Positions 63,125 through 64,000 of a stretch of 64,000 bases of DNA are shown here, piece after piece. Below the pieces are notes generated by a model that was not told where the DNA came from, did no database searches, and saw only the letters and a list, made by a program, of their open reading frames with translations. The position numbers were made by a program, and so were the translations under genes. The stretch is from Candidatus Bathyarchaeota archaeon (lineage in GTDB: Archaea; Thermoproteota; Bathyarchaeia; Bathyarchaeales; Bathycorpusculaceae), in contig OY970340.1 of NCBI GenBank assembly GCA_963717465.1, positions 544,001-608,000 on the forward strand. The letters are read 5' to 3'. Position 1 is the first letter of the stretch, and the number at the start of each line of letters is the position of its first letter.

Positions 63125-64000
63125 ATGGAAGAGACTGAAGAAGAGCCTTCGCATCTTAATCATGAAAATGAAGAAATTAAAAATCGTGGTCCCTTTTCAC
63201 TTTTAGACGGTGCAACTGCACAGGTTCCGTCAATAACTCCTGAATTGTATTTTGAAAGCAAGACAGCTAGAGATCACAGCAAATCGCTTGAAGAACGGCT
63301 CGAATGCTTTGAAATAATACTTGATTCAGAAGTAGGCGATACAAACCTAACCCGAGCAAGAAACATTGAAAGAGAAGTTGGACTTCGACAAATATACCTT
63401 AAATTCGAAGGCGGAAATCCAACTGGAACACAAAAGGATCGCATCGCCTTCGCACAAGCTCTTGACGCGCTTCGCAGGGGATACGATGAAATAACAGTTG
63501 CTTCATGCGGCAACTACGGCGCAGCAATCGCGTTAGCTGCATCCTTGGCTGGATTACGATGCCTAATTTACATTCCTGAAGGGTACCACGCTAATAGAAT
63601 CAAAGAAATTAAGCAGTATAGGCGCTGAAATAATTAAGACTCCTGGAGATTATGAAGAATCAGTGAAGATTTCTCGTGAACAAGCTGAAGCAAAACGGCT
63701 ATTACGATGCGAATCCAGGCGGAAGCAACACAAACATTCAATTCAAAGCGTACGGCGAAATAGCTTACGAGATTTACGATGAACTCAGAGATGCACCTGC
63801 AGCTGTAGCTGTACCAGCCTCAAACGGCTCCACGATAGCAGGAATCTACAGAGGCTTTCTAAGCTTATACAACCGAGGAAAAACATCCCGCATTCCACGC
63901 TTCATTGCAGGTTCGTCTTACGGCATGAACCCAATAATAAACGCCTTCATCAAAAATATGCCTCACTGCTGCGACCTGAAACCTGAAAAAATCAGAAACA
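63125..64000 (+). CDS. Threonine synthase-like PLP-dependent enzyme (partial; frameshift near 63615)
   Basis: KFEGGNPTGTQKDR, ASCGNYG; continues GAEIIK.PGDYE, YDANPG, AYEI, VPASNG to the window end. Confidence 0.8.

Noticed and set aside
1..64000. CRISPR arrays, tRNA/rRNA genes, IS elements, integrases, defence systems
   Set aside because: None recognised by eye; short RNAs could have been missed without a covariance-model search.

Overview
Archaeal chromosomal window. Gene content (archaeal CODH/ACS, Mer, F420 synthesis, archaellum plus chemotaxis, frequent TTG starts) points to Bathyarchaeia; this is an inference. Many genes carry single-base frameshifts that look like long-read assembly errors. 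Order: archaellum motor operon (arlJ-I-H-F-G-CDE-like, minus strand); early purine biosynthesis cluster (purM-S-L-Q converging on purF-purD-[HAD hydrolase]-[Ftr paralogue]-[PfkB kinase]); two tandem pilin/archaellin-like genes and a type IV pilus operon; a TrmB / vWA / CbbQ-NirQ-type AAA+ module; a che cluster with no receptor or CheF; cdhABCDE; an acetate module (ACD-GNAT fusion, SatP, Acs); two CooC; an arsenic island with no ArsR; a corrinoid protein; an F420 module (FrhB-like, cofC, mer, cofE); a partial PLP enzyme. Best candidate for an undescribed system: the purine cluster encodes steps 1, 2, 4 and 5 but has no purN/purT. Directly behind purD sits a phosphatase / Ftr-like formyltransferase / kinase trio (EhaR/S/T-like), a candidate methanopterin- or methanofuran-dependent route for the missing GAR to FGAR step.
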